A stretch of 64,000 nt of DNA, taken from the IMG/VR virus record IMGVR_UViG_3300025133_009608, positions 124,001 to 188,000 of that record; one strand, 5' to 3'. The position numbers and the translations under genes are program-made. The notes under the pieces were generated by a model, which saw only the letters and a program-made list of their open reading frames with translations, was not told the DNA's origin and did no database searches. Shown here piece by piece: positions 48,047-57,349 of the stretch (its first letter is position 1; every line of letters starts with the position of its first letter).

Positions 48047-48337
48047 CTACTTGCGAGAAGAAACAAAGTCTCGGGAGAAAAAATCTAAATGAAACAATAA
48101 CCCCTCTTGGACCGAGGGAGGGACATTAGATAAAACTTTTTCAAAAGAAACTATTCGATAGTCGTCCTCTCCGCTTGATCTACGGTACCTCTCCCACCAC
48201 AGGACGGAATCATAATCCAAAAATAAACTAAAATTACTTCCAACTATCTTTAGTTGGAAATCTTCCCCAGGTGGATCTTGGAATAACCCAGTTTCAAGCA
48301 AACTATTTACTGTTTTTAGATAGCGCTCCATATCCAA
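48047..48337 (-). CDS. hypothetical protein with C-terminal LLFHLD motif
   Basis: VLSNVPPSVQEGLLFHLDFF. Confidence 0.7.
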   Translation of the reverse strand: MDMERYLKTVNSLLETGLFQDPPGEDFQLKIVGSNFSLFLDYDSVLWWERYRRSSGEDDYRIVSFEKVLSNVPPSVQEGLLFHLDFFSRDFVSSRK

Positions 48338-48763
48338 AGAGAATAAAGTAGCTGAAAATCAACGTCAGTGGGGCCCAATGAGCATAGGAAGCCAAGAAGC
48401 CAACTGCAGTATACACTATTCAATATACTGAATATAATATGTTTGCTTCCTGTCAAGTAAAATATACCGAACTCTTTCGTTTTTTCAAGTCGAGATTGGA
48501 AAATAATCAAAAATAATTGTTGAATAGGAATTATTCTTTTGATTTTCAATAACTTTATTTTTAATTAAATTTAGTTAATTTTTTGCCCATACACATGCGT
48601 ACAATTTCAATCGTGGACGAAGAAAGAAAATTACAACTGCTTGCCGAGGCAGTTTCCTTTTCCGTAATTCTCTCTCTGGTTGCGGCTCTTATCCTATCTA
48701 CAAAAATTTAAGGCAGACCAATGATGGCCCGCCTATTCTTTGAAGGCTCCAATAAATAAATTA

Positions 48764-48967
48764 TCAGAAAATCTTCAAACTGCTCGGGTAAATCTTTTTC
48801 GCCAAAGAGTAAAACCCAGAAGTAAGAACAAAGGAAATTATAAGCTCTACCGTTCCAAACAATGCCTCTCCATTGAAAATCAACGCCACTGCCCCAAGCA
48901 ATCCGACTGCAAAAAACGCAGAAAACAATAGCAAAATCATTCCAACAATTTTTCGGATAAACCCCAT
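48764..48967 (-). CDS. 2-TM membrane protein
   Basis: hydrophobic ORF. Confidence 0.65.
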   Translation of the reverse strand: MGFIRKIVGMILLLFSAFFAVGLLGAVALIFNGEALFGTVELIISFVLTSGFYSLAKKIYPSSLKIF

Positions 48968-49172
48968 CGCCTAATCTCCAAGAACTGTTGGGGTGTATCT
49001 GGCTTTCATTGTTCTATTCCTTCGATATAGTCCCATTGTTGGGCGCGGGCAGCGTCGTTTTCTTCTTCCGTGCAGTCAATACACAGTGCTGTATTCTTTG
49101 GGCTTGCCATAGCATCTACTTTCTTATATCCACACGACATGCATTTAAATAGTTTTGGTTGTTCGTTACTCA

Positions 49173-49367
49173 TTATTCTAACTCCTGATTGTGGTTGCCG
49201 GAATGCCGCGTGTCAAAAGTATGGTTTTGAGGCCGCGACTTCATATGCTTTCTTGCCTCTTGAATAGTCGAGAACGTCTTTGAAAGCCTCCATGTCCCGT
49301 CTGGAAGCATTTGATATATTTCGCAGCCGCGTCGTTTTAGAATAAGCATCTGTCCGCCCTCTTTCAT
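49173..49367 (-). CDS. hypothetical protein
   Basis: directly downstream of promoter 49371. Confidence 0.55.
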   Translation of the reverse strand: MKEGGQMLILKRRGCEIYQMLPDGTWRLSKTFSTIQEARKHMKSRPQNHTFDTRHSGNHNQELE

Positions 49368-49371
49368 GGAC

Positions 49372-49593
49372 CTATAATGAATCGATCTTATTTATGGAAG
49401 AAGTGCGCGCGTGTGTAAAGTTTTTGCCCCGAGAGTGCGCGGGGCCGCATAGTTTTTCAAGATCTTCTTGCGCTTTCTGCGCGCAAATATCATATACGTA
49501 TTCTTCATATAGGAAAGAATACTTCTCTATTGTATCCCTGTTCAAGGCATACCCATTATTTTTTAGCCACTCCCCGAATGTAAGAATTTCCAT
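49372..49593 (-). CDS. hypothetical protein (3' end runs through regulatory motifs)
   Basis: GGAG RBS. Confidence 0.5.
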   Translation of the reverse strand: MEILTFGEWLKNNGYALNRDTIEKYSFLYEEYVYDICAQKAQEDLEKLCGPAHSRGKNFTHARTSSINKIDSL

Positions 49594-49682
49594 TTACTCT
49601 CCTTCAATTTCTAAATTACAGCACATATGTGGCTACTGCTGCGGAAAATGTAAAGATAGCAAAAAGTACTATCCAAAAAGCT

Positions 49683-49925
49683 TTATTCATTTTTTCTCCT
49701 TATGGGGTCAGGGGCACATCGCCTCATCACAATTTCATGGTGAATAATATCAGAGATAGAATAACCCAGAACTACGGATAAATCAAGAAGATCTACTGGC
49801 CCATCGGCCTCCACCTTTTTGATAAAATCTCGCAGAATATCTACAAACTCGCCCTCTATGCGTACGCCCCTGTCCGTAATCTTGGAGTCGCCCATCGGGT
49901 TTCTGGTAAATAATTCCATATTCAT
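49683..49925 (-). CDS. hypothetical protein
   Basis: start re-assigned to MNMELF. Confidence 0.55.
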   Translation of the reverse strand: MNMELFTRNPMGDSKITDRGVRIEGEFVDILRDFIKKVEADGPVDLLDLSVVLGYSISDIIHHEIVMRRCAPDPIRRKNE

Positions 49926-49995
49926 ACTTCTCAGTGGTAGATTTGCAAATTTAATTTTATATAAAAGTGATGCAGATGGGTAACAAATTTTTGCG

Positions 49996-50214
49996 TTACC
50001 TTGACCAAAGGCCAGCAATAGTAATATATGCACCTATCCAATTTATGCAATAAAAAGTGGGTAGTGCCGCCGACGTTTCTCCGGTTCTTATATATTCCTT
50101 CGCCACAGGCACCCATGCACGAGCCTCTACTACCTGCTCCACCAATATATAAAATATACCTCCACGCCAAACGGCTTCGGGGCTACCCGCACCGACCCAC
50201 TTATGGCAGGGCAT
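49996..50214 (-). CDS. hypothetical protein
   Basis: co-directional ORF. Confidence 0.5.
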   Translation of the reverse strand: MPCHKWVGAGSPEAVWRGGIFYILVEQVVEARAWVPVAKEYIRTGETSAALPTFYCINWIGAYITIAGLWSR

Positions 50215-50342
50215 ACCAGCTTTTTTTACGGAAACTATCCCGCTTCTTCATGGGTAGCTCGCCACACCCACTATCCGAGGTCAGTCGGAACGTACTATTA
50301 TTTTATTTTTTCCTTAATTATAATCTATTTCAACGCCTGTAT

Positions 50343-50576
50343 TTAAGACATTGCCCTCAAAAGTGCGCGATCATTCTCGGCCTCGATAGGCTCGTCCACA
50401 TCCGCCTGACCATAGCCTGTAAGGATTTCTGGGCGATAACAACTGAGCTTGACCTCTTCGCAGTCCTCGCACACTCGGCATAGGTAGATTCCTTGTGCGT
50501 CATATTCTGGCCAAACGGTTTTGGTTGATTCGGCCTCTGTTTTTTCGCACCAATGGGTGATCTCATCCATTTTCAT
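50343..50576 (-). CDS. Cys-containing hypothetical protein
   Basis: start re-assigned to MKMDEI (AAGGAG RBS); CRVCEDC. Confidence 0.65.
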   Translation of the reverse strand: MKMDEITHWCEKTEAESTKTVWPEYDAQGIYLCRVCEDCEEVKLSCYRPEILTGYGQADVDEPIEAENDRALLRAMS

Positions 50577-50577
50577 C

Positions 50578-50907
50578 TCATTCTCCTTCATATCTTTCAT
50601 GGCCCAACTGAATGTCCCCAGAGCAAAGCCCAAGACAGACCTCCAACATCTCAAGTCCGAGATCTTCAGTGTCAACTGGAATCCCCCAGTTTACCTGACG
50701 GCCAGGAAGCACCTTGACGAAGATCCCGCTATTCGGAGTATCGCCCATAATATGAAAAGTTGTTTCATGGCCCTTCGGAATCGTAACGGTGATTCGGCCG
50801 CCATCGTCGTCCTTTACATAGGTGAGGCCATTCCGAGCAAACTGAAGTCTCGACTTAGAATATCCAATCTTCCTCATTCGTGCAAAAAACTGTCGTCGCG
50901 TAAGCAT
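50578..50907 (-). CDS. hypothetical protein
   Basis: AGGAG RBS; promoter 50952. Confidence 0.7.
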   Translation of the reverse strand: MLTRRQFFARMRKIGYSKSRLQFARNGLTYVKDDDGGRITVTIPKGHETTFHIMGDTPNSGIFVKVLPGRQVNWGIPVDTEDLGLEMLEVCLGLCSGDIQLGHERYEGE

Positions 50908-51106
50908 AATCTCATTCTCCTTTTCGGGCCTGTTTGTCTTCCCTTCACTTTACTATAATGAATCGATCTTATTTATCGAGCTTTTGTTGGTCGCTCATGC
51001 CACGATACAGAAGGGCGTAAAGTTTTTGCCCAAGGATATGAAAAAGGATATGAAAGAAGCCCCGTTGAAGCCGCCCGTTTTTGGGCGGCTTCTTGGCGCG
51101 TCCGCC

Positions 51107-51535
51107 CTACTCGGCAGACCATTCGGCGCGATTCAAACGAGCCTTACCCTTTCGAACCTTATTCGGAAGCCCCTGAGCAAGATCGAGTTGCAGGCTCTTT
51201 AGCTCATTCTTCATGTAGGCTACGGTTGTTTCAAGCTCATCGCCGATTGGCCTTCCGTTGCTCATGGCATCTTTCGCAGACTTGATAATCAAATCTCGGA
51301 TGCCATCACGCTGAAACCCTGCACGATGGAGCGCAACGACCATTGTGGCGAGAAGCGGAATGGAAGTTGTGGGAACATATTGTTCGTCCTCTGAAACCAA
51401 AAGCTCTCCACTCAATGTAACGGTGAATGGCTCAACGGTATAAAGACCAGCAGCAGGAGTCGCACTCTTAGCTTCCTTGGCAGAAGCCTTTGAGAGAATA
51501 ACGAGTTGCTCGGGCGAAAGGGATGACAGTGACAT
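51107..51535 (-). CDS. hypothetical protein
   Basis: promoter 51587; hairpin terminator ~51067-51092. Confidence 0.75.
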   Translation of the reverse strand: MSLSSLSPEQLVILSKASAKEAKSATPAAGLYTVEPFTVTLSGELLVSEDEQYVPTTSIPLLATMVVALHRAGFQRDGIRDLIIKSAKDAMSNGRPIGDELETTVAYMKNELKSLQLDLAQGLPNKVRKGKARLNRAEWSAE

Positions 51536-51603
51536 TTTATTTCCGTTCTTTGGAGGGTAGTAGTGAGGGGATTATCCCTTCATATCTCTATAATGAATCG
51601 ATC

Positions 51604-51807
51604 TTATTTATCAAGAGTTGCTGGCTTTAGGTATCCTATCTCTCGCAGGTAATCATAAGCATCGGCCATTGTTGCTCTAAAATGCTCAGTCCTATGTTCA
51701 GACGGGCAATCCTCGTCTGCCTGACCGCACATCGCGACCAATCGATCTGCTAGTTGTTTATTTTGATCTTTTAGATCTTCAATAACTGTACTTGTACTAA
51801 CTGGCAT
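51604..51807 (-). CDS. hypothetical protein
   Basis: GGAG RBS; promoter 51857. Confidence 0.7.
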   Translation of the reverse strand: MPVSTSTVIEDLKDQNKQLADRLVAMCGQADEDCPSEHRTEHFRATMADAYDYLREIGYLKPATLDK

Positions 51808-51949
51808 GGCAATGTCTCCTCTGGCCGAAGACGGGCATTCCGTCTCCTTTCATGTTTCTATAACGAATCGATCTTATTTATCGAGCAAACCCGCCCCAAG
51901 GTGGGAAGAACCCCTCTTTGCACGTGCAAAGAGGGGTTGGCAATATTGA

Positions 51950-52369
51950 CTACTCCTGTGGAGCCAGTCGTTCCGCTGCCGCCTCGACCGCCTCAAGGGT
52001 TCCTCGCAAGAGTTGGGCAACATCGGAAAACTCCGCCGAGTTTACCTTGGCTGGCTTGGCACCCTTCCCGCTCTTGACACGAAACGTGATCACGCCGTTA
52101 TCCATAGCGATAGTCCGACGAACAGTATCCGCAGGAGAAAGGTTCTCTTCTGCCTGTTCCTCGATTCCATTTTTGGCAACCTCCTCAAGAGCCGTAACGT
52201 ATTCGGCATAATCGGCAACAGCCATAGACTGCGCTCCAGAACCCTTGCCGCGATTCGTTGCAAACGAAACGATCGGAGTCCCATCATCGCTGAGCGAAAC
52301 GCTCATCGTCTCCCGAATAATCTGAACGGAAGATTCGACCTTTTGATCATTAAACAGCGAAATAGACAT
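51950..52369 (-). CDS. MSISLFNDQK paralogue 3
   Basis: start re-assigned (GGAG RBS); promoter 52458; hairpin ~51909-51938. Confidence 0.82.
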   Translation of the reverse strand: MSISLFNDQKVESSVQIIRETMSVSLSDDGTPIVSFATNRGKGSGAQSMAVADYAEYVTALEEVAKNGIEEQAEENLSPADTVRRTIAMDNGVITFRVKSGKGAKPAKVNSAEFSDVAQLLRGTLEAVEAAAERLAPQE

Positions 52370-52883
52370 AATATTCTCCATTGTGGGGAAACTGGTCGTC
52401 CCACGTATCGCCCGTGATGGGCTGCGTTCGGGAGGCATCTTGCGCCCCTTACACTTACCTATAATGAATCGATCTTATTTATGGAAGTTTTCTCGGCCAT
52501 CGACACTATGCTAAAAATGAAAATCTTTTGCCCAAATCTGAAAACAAGACTAAGCCGCACCTCAGATTTGGGCATCACTCTAATGGACTATTCCTCAACG
52601 CTGCATACTGTCACGGGTCGGCTACCACTCAGCAGTATCCGTAGATCGCGAATGATAAACGATAATGCAATAACCATATCCCTTTCCATATTCCACTTTG
52701 CACTATTCATTCGTAACTCATACCTCTCTATTAGATTTTCGATATCTTTTTCCACTTCTAATTCCCCCTTGTCTTTATAGCATTTTTTTATAATAAATCG
52801 ATCTTATTTGTCGAAACAACCTCGGAGCCTACGGCGGGCAATGCCTTGAGCTTTGGCTCCAAAGCTCAAGGCGGCACCTATCT

Positions 52884-53078
52884 CTACTTGAGCGGCAAAT
52901 CTTCCCCGCGAAACAGAGTATCAATCTGTTCGTCGGTGTATTTGATGGTCTTATCGGGACGGTCATCGGCCCAAGAGAAGGTTAGGCCTTCTTTGAGCAT
53001 CCGACGCACATTTTCCCGCATCCCTGCCGTGGCCTTAGACCAGGGGATAGGCTTTCTATCCTTCTTGTTATCTTCCAT
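52884..53078 (-). CDS. hypothetical protein
   Basis: AAGGA RBS. Confidence 0.6.
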   Translation of the reverse strand: MEDNKKDRKPIPWSKATAGMRENVRRMLKEGLTFSWADDRPDKTIKYTDEQIDTLFRGEDLPLK

Positions 53079-53197
53079 GTGTGTTTCCTTTGGCTGATTG
53101 GCGCGACCAACCCTCGCGCTGGGCTAACTGACTCCTTCAGCCTTAGGGTTCCGTGGCAAAATCGGAACAGCAAGGCCTTGTCATAATAATCGGTGTT

Positions 53198-53749
53198 TCA
53201 TTCTTCCTCCATTAGTTCGAAAAACTCATCGTCAGCCGCATCAAGAATCTCATCTTGCGTTCGATAAAGAGGGTGAGCCTCGACGCTCCTTAGAATGATT
53301 GGCCGAATCGCATCACCCGCAACTCCGCCGCGCAGTGGAGTGAAGTCTGCCCAGACATCCCCCGTCAATAGGTTTAGCGATTCTGGCCCACTCTCAAAAA
53401 GGTGTTCGCGCATCATACAGACGGTAGACACGGCAACATGAAACTCGCCCATCCTAAGAAACTCAAGAGCAGTTATCGCCCATGGCACTACGTCATCGCT
53501 ACCGTATGGGGTGTTTATCCAGCAGGTTAGCTCTCTCGCCAATCGTTCATCGTGCGGAGTCTGGAGATCCAAGCGTAGATTTTCCAAATCACGCAACAGG
53601 ACTTGCTCGGCCTTCCCAGAGATGATCCACGATTTCATAAAATCTGGCCCCTTATCGAGAAGGTCTTGGTGGATGCCTCGGCTAAAGGCGGCTCTCTCTG
53701 CGAGATAATCCTCAAGTTGGGCTGGGGTGAATAGTTTTTGATTAGTCAT
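53198..53749 (-). CDS. hypothetical protein
   Basis: start re-assigned to MTNQKL (GGAAGGA RBS). Confidence 0.75.
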   Translation of the reverse strand: MTNQKLFTPAQLEDYLAERAAFSRGIHQDLLDKGPDFMKSWIISGKAEQVLLRDLENLRLDLQTPHDERLARELTCWINTPYGSDDVVPWAITALEFLRMGEFHVAVSTVCMMREHLFESGPESLNLLTGDVWADFTPLRGGVAGDAIRPIILRSVEAHPLYRTQDEILDAADDEFFELMEEE

Positions 53750-53793
53750 ATTTTCCTTCCTTCTGCTATTATAACGATCCAACGACTCGTTCA

Positions 53794-53937
53794 CGGACAA
53801 CAAATCTGAGATTTATTTTGAACGCCTCGCCGCGAGGTCTGGGACTATTGGCGGTAACTCGCCTTCCCTACTATTATAGACGACAAGAATGGCCGCTGGC
53901 GGACAACAAATCTGAGATTTATTTTGAACGCCTCGCC
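53794..53937. repeat. 38-bp perfect direct repeat, 2 copies
   Basis: CGGACAACAAATCTGAGATTTATTTTGAACGCCTCGCC at 53794-53831 and 53900-53937. Confidence 0.9.
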
Positions 53938-54167
53938 ATGGCCTCCATCATAACAACGAGGCACAGCCCACTCAGGGACAACGAATCAAAAATAAATCGA
54001 CTATTGAAGTTTTTTCTTCAGCACAATGGCGATATAGCAAGACAATGCAGATAATACATTTAATGCCATCAAGCCCCGATCGCCGAGAATAAAAGTTGAT
54101 ACAATAAATAATAATACATTTATTATAATAAATGTTTCAAATAAATGTATGAAAAGTTTTTGCCCCA

Positions 54168-54479
54168 TTATAGGCACTCATCTCTTCGGGCATCGGAGTA
54201 AAGCCCCGCAACCGATGACGCCAACTCGTTCTCTTCTTGAATCCATATTGAATAACCTCGTCGATATTCTTCGATGTCAATGGTTCCATTTTGAAACTGT
54301 AAAACTTTTGCCCTATACTCAGTACGGGCATCATCACGGAGTTCTTGTATTTCTAAGATTTTGCCCACCACAGAATAACAATCTCTATTAGAGATTATCA
54401 GCCAACCAAGCCATGTAGCAGGAGATAGAAAGATAATGGTAATAATAAACGCCATTATCTTTCTATTGTCCACACGCAC
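54168..54479 (-). CDS. membrane-anchored coiled-coil protein
   Basis: N-terminal TM; GGAG RBS. Confidence 0.7.
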   Translation of the reverse strand: MRVDNRKIMAFIITIIFLSPATWLGWLIISNRDCYSVVGKILEIQELRDDARTEYRAKVLQFQNGTIDIEEYRRGYSIWIQEENELASSVAGLYSDARRDECL

Positions 54480-54529
54480 TCCCGCTCACTATATGCAAAT
54501 ATAGTAGCATGGATTTTCAATAGTCCAGT

Positions 54530-54763
54530 TTGAATCTACTATTTTTAGAAACTGAACCGATGGAAGAGGATATAAAAAAACTAAAATCTGGAGACACTGT
54601 TGAAATAAAGTGCAAAACAGGACTGTACAGAATCGTGAAGATAATCACTACTGATGGTCACAACTTTACCTCAAAGATATCTACCAGTGGGCCCAAGAAA
54701 ATATCATTTATCGCAGATGATATTACAAGAATCATTGGCAAATCAAAATGTCGTTGTCATTAG
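54530..54763 (+). CDS. hypothetical protein
   Basis: isolated + ORF; start uncertain. Confidence 0.5.
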   Translation: MNLLFLETEPMEEDIKKLKSGDTVEIKCKTGLYRIVKIITTDGHNFTSKISTSGPKKISFIADDITRIIGKSKCRCH

Positions 54764-54945
54764 TTTTGATGCATTATTAGTTCTTCGTGTTTATTTTTAT
54801 ACTCAACAATAAGATTTCTTGCTTCCTCTGCTTCTTCCTCAGATAGGTATACTTTATTTTTTATCCCATCCTTATATTGATAACGGAATCCATCTTTGGC
54901 AATCTGTTCATATTTGGCAGCTAAATCTAAATAATCAATAATCAT
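54760..54945 (-). CDS. hypothetical protein
   Basis: coupled ORF. Confidence 0.6.
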   Translation of the reverse strand: MIIDYLDLAAKYEQIAKDGFRYQYKDGIKNKVYLSEEEAEEARNLIVEYKNKHEELIMHQN

Positions 54946-55196
54946 TGTTCTCCTCTCTTGTACTGGGCCATACAGCCGATATATTCCTTTGTAGTATAGT
55001 GATCTACAACAAAGCCGCTGGAGAGTAATGCGTTTTCAAGATTTTCTGAGATTTTATATTGCCAATACATGCTCGGCCTACCCGCGCGCGCGCAGAACTC
55101 CGCATTTCGGATCATAGTTCTGTCCTTGTCGGCCGAAGCCATATAGGTAACGACAAGGTCTCTAATAAATCTTGAATACATTTCACCCTCCACCAA
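54942..55196 (-). CDS. hypothetical protein
   Basis: downstream of degenerate promoter 55198. Confidence 0.6.
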   Translation of the reverse strand: MVEGEMYSRFIRDLVVTYMASADKDRTMIRNAEFCARAGRPSMYWQYKISENLENALLSSGFVVDHYTTKEYIGCMAQYKRGEQ

Positions 55197-55293
55197 TAAC
55201 TTTCATATCGATCTTATTTATCGAAAAGTTGGATTGCCCGCTGTCCGTAAAAAATATTACGATCTGGGCAAAAGTTTTGCGCATGTAAATAAA

Positions 55294-55466
55294 GGCACCC
55301 AGCGGTCAAGTGGGTGCCGTTTTTTCTAAAGCCATTCATTGGCTCACCATACGCGCTTGACCGCGTATGGGTTTTTTATCTTTAGACGGCGGGTAGCGTA
55401 ACCGAGATTTGGGGGAGGTGCACAATAAGCTACCGCCCGATTTGTCTTGCCGCCCCGCCATCTAAA
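55294..55466. ncRNA. four-hairpin structured element with complementary loops (kissing-loop candidate)
   Basis: hairpins 55294-55318, 55330-55344, 55347-55370, 55381-55466; loop GCGGTCAAG is the reverse complement of CTTGACCGC in hairpin 3. Confidence 0.55.
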
Positions 55467-55474
55467 AAATAACT

Positions 55475-55714
55475 TTACTGCCTGAGGATTAGCGTGGAAA
55501 CCGTATGATCTGCACACCAGTCGCTTGCAAATGCCATGCCTCGACCAACATCAAGGGCCGTATCGTGACCCAGCTGTGATGGTAAATCGAAATCAAATCG
55601 CGATGCGTTTAGGCAATCTTCTTCGTCGTTTTCAAAATACTCGATCAACTCGTCGATGGTTTCAAAATCATCCATCGTTCCGATGATAAATATATATTCT
55701 GTAACTTCATTCAT
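55475..55714 (-). CDS. acidic hypothetical protein
   Basis: AAGGAG RBS; promoter 55736. Confidence 0.75.
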   Translation of the reverse strand: MNEVTEYIFIIGTMDDFETIDELIEYFENDEEDCLNASRFDFDLPSQLGHDTALDVGRGMAFASDWCADHTVSTLILRQ

Positions 55715-55908
55715 TTTTCTATCTCCTTATGCTTTACTATAATAAATCGATCTTATTTTCCGAATAAAGGCGGAAGCCCACAAAGAAAATGAGGTTTTGT
55801 CCAGACCCCAAACTGGAGGCTTGCCTTGGGAGTCTCGTTTTCTGCCAGAGTTTATTCCAAGGTTTGTTTGCAGGTTGGCATCCTGCCTGCACTCCGAAGC
55901 CGTAATCA

Positions 55909-56163
55909 CTAATCACCAGTGGCTTTATTCCAATGTTTGTTGGCCATGACCTCGACTGAGGCCGCTGCAAGATGCCGCGCCAAAATCTCTAACTCATCTG
56001 GCTGATTCATATTTCCAAGACCATGACTATATATCACATCTTTCACTTTTTGAGCAACATTCATCGCCGCTTCCAGTCTGAGCCGATCTCTATTGTTGGC
56101 GATATATCGGGCCATTCCGGCTTCTTCTGCGCGGGTTTCGCTATGATCATCTAAGTTTTTCAT
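55909..56163 (-). CDS. hypothetical protein
   Basis: promoter 56187. Confidence 0.75.
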   Translation of the reverse strand: MKNLDDHSETRAEEAGMARYIANNRDRLRLEAAMNVAQKVKDVIYSHGLGNMNQPDELEILARHLAAASVEVMANKHWNKATGD

Positions 56164-56225
56164 TCTTTCTATTCTCCCTTCATATCACTATAATGAATCG
56201 ATCTTATTTATGGAAGAATCCTTTA

Positions 56226-56792
56226 TTACCTTATGACGGCATACTCCGACCAAAATGACACGGATCGCTCATATTCCTCCCTATCGAGAGGGACTCCGCT
56301 CCCGCCCTCTTGCTTTCCAAGGGCGTTCCTCATCATTGTTATTGGTGGCATCGGGCTTTCATCGGCAGATTCCGCCGAGTTTATAGACACAATCCCCCAG
56401 TCTCCCTCAATGTAGATGCCCTCAGTTGCAAGGTGTTCTGCAGAGTAGAGGACAAGATCAAGAAATAGCGATGGGGATGGCTCAATATCATCCGAGTCAA
56501 ACCATCGCGTAAGAATCGGAAGCTCGCCCTCTCGCCGCGCAAAGTATCCTGAGTTCAAATACTCTCTATTCTCAAGAGTGATCCTGCTAACTCCAGATAG
56601 CGCGCCTACAAAGTTCCCAATAAAAATGTGCTTACAGAATGGAGCGTACCCGTCCACAAGGTCTTTGTCTATGAATCCAGCAGCAGAAACCCGAGAAGAA
56701 AATAGATCCACAGTACATGGGATTTTAGTTCCTGCGAACTCTGGGTTATCAAAATGCCTCTTTGAGGCAAAGTCCGTCAAACAGATTTTCAT
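56226..56792 (-). CDS. DUF3228-family protein
   Basis: TDFA..RHF, DGYAPFCKH, SGY.ARREGELP.L.RWF, WGIVSI, PMPPITMMRNALG..EGGSGVPLDRE.Y. Confidence 0.85.
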   Translation of the reverse strand: MKICLTDFASKRHFDNPEFAGTKIPCTVDLFSSRVSAAGFIDKDLVDGYAPFCKHIFIGNFVGALSGVSRITLENREYLNSGYFARREGELPILTRWFDSDDIEPSPSLFLDLVLYSAEHLATEGIYIEGDWGIVSINSAESADESPMPPITMMRNALGKQEGGSGVPLDREEYERSVSFWSEYAVIR

Positions 56793-56801
56793 GGTACAGT
56801 C

Positions 56802-57005
56802 TTATCCTTTATTCTCAGCAGAGTTTGGGCAGCCATCCATATGTCCCATATCCTTTGGAGCATAACAGCACTTAAAATGCTCGTTACGACTCACTTCAAC
56901 GAGAGTTGGCCATTCGGCGCCACACCCTCGGCATATGCGAGTATCTCCATAAAATGTATCGTATGCCTCACAGCATTTGGTTAGAAAGACTAAGTTATTG
57001 CTCAC
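56802..57005 (-). CDS. small Cys-rich protein
   Basis: GTG start overlapping upstream stop; CC, CRGCG, CC..H..GC. Confidence 0.6.
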   Translation of the reverse strand: MSNNLVFLTKCCEAYDTFYGDTRICRGCGAEWPTLVEVSRNEHFKCCYAPKDMGHMDGCPNSAENKG

Positions 57006-57256
57006 AATGTCCCCCAGAGGGTTTTGATTTTTAGAAAGCAAGCCCCCTCGCTGGAGAGTCGACTGAGGCGACGAAGCATTTTTATAGCCTCTGGGGGGGC
57101 AAGTGGCATCCACTCTTTCTCTCTGTAATGAGAAGAAAAGTACGGACTATCATCGTCGTCGTCCCCTCGGCAGTCCCATATAATCATGTCCTCGGTATGA
57201 TCAGGAAAATGGATTCCCTTGCAGTCACATGACCATCGTACAAGCTCGGCTTTCAT
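57002..57256 (-). CDS. hypothetical protein
   Basis: promoter 57277. Confidence 0.7.
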   Translation of the reverse strand: MKAELVRWSCDCKGIHFPDHTEDMIIWDCRGDDDDDSPYFSSHYREKEWMPLAPPEAIKMLRRLSRLSSEGACFLKIKTLWGTL

Positions 57257-57349
57257 TTTTCATCTCCCTTCATATCACTATAATGAATCGATCTTATTTA
57301 CCTAAGAATATTCTGTTACTTTGGGTTTGGGCGACACTGGGCAAAAAGT

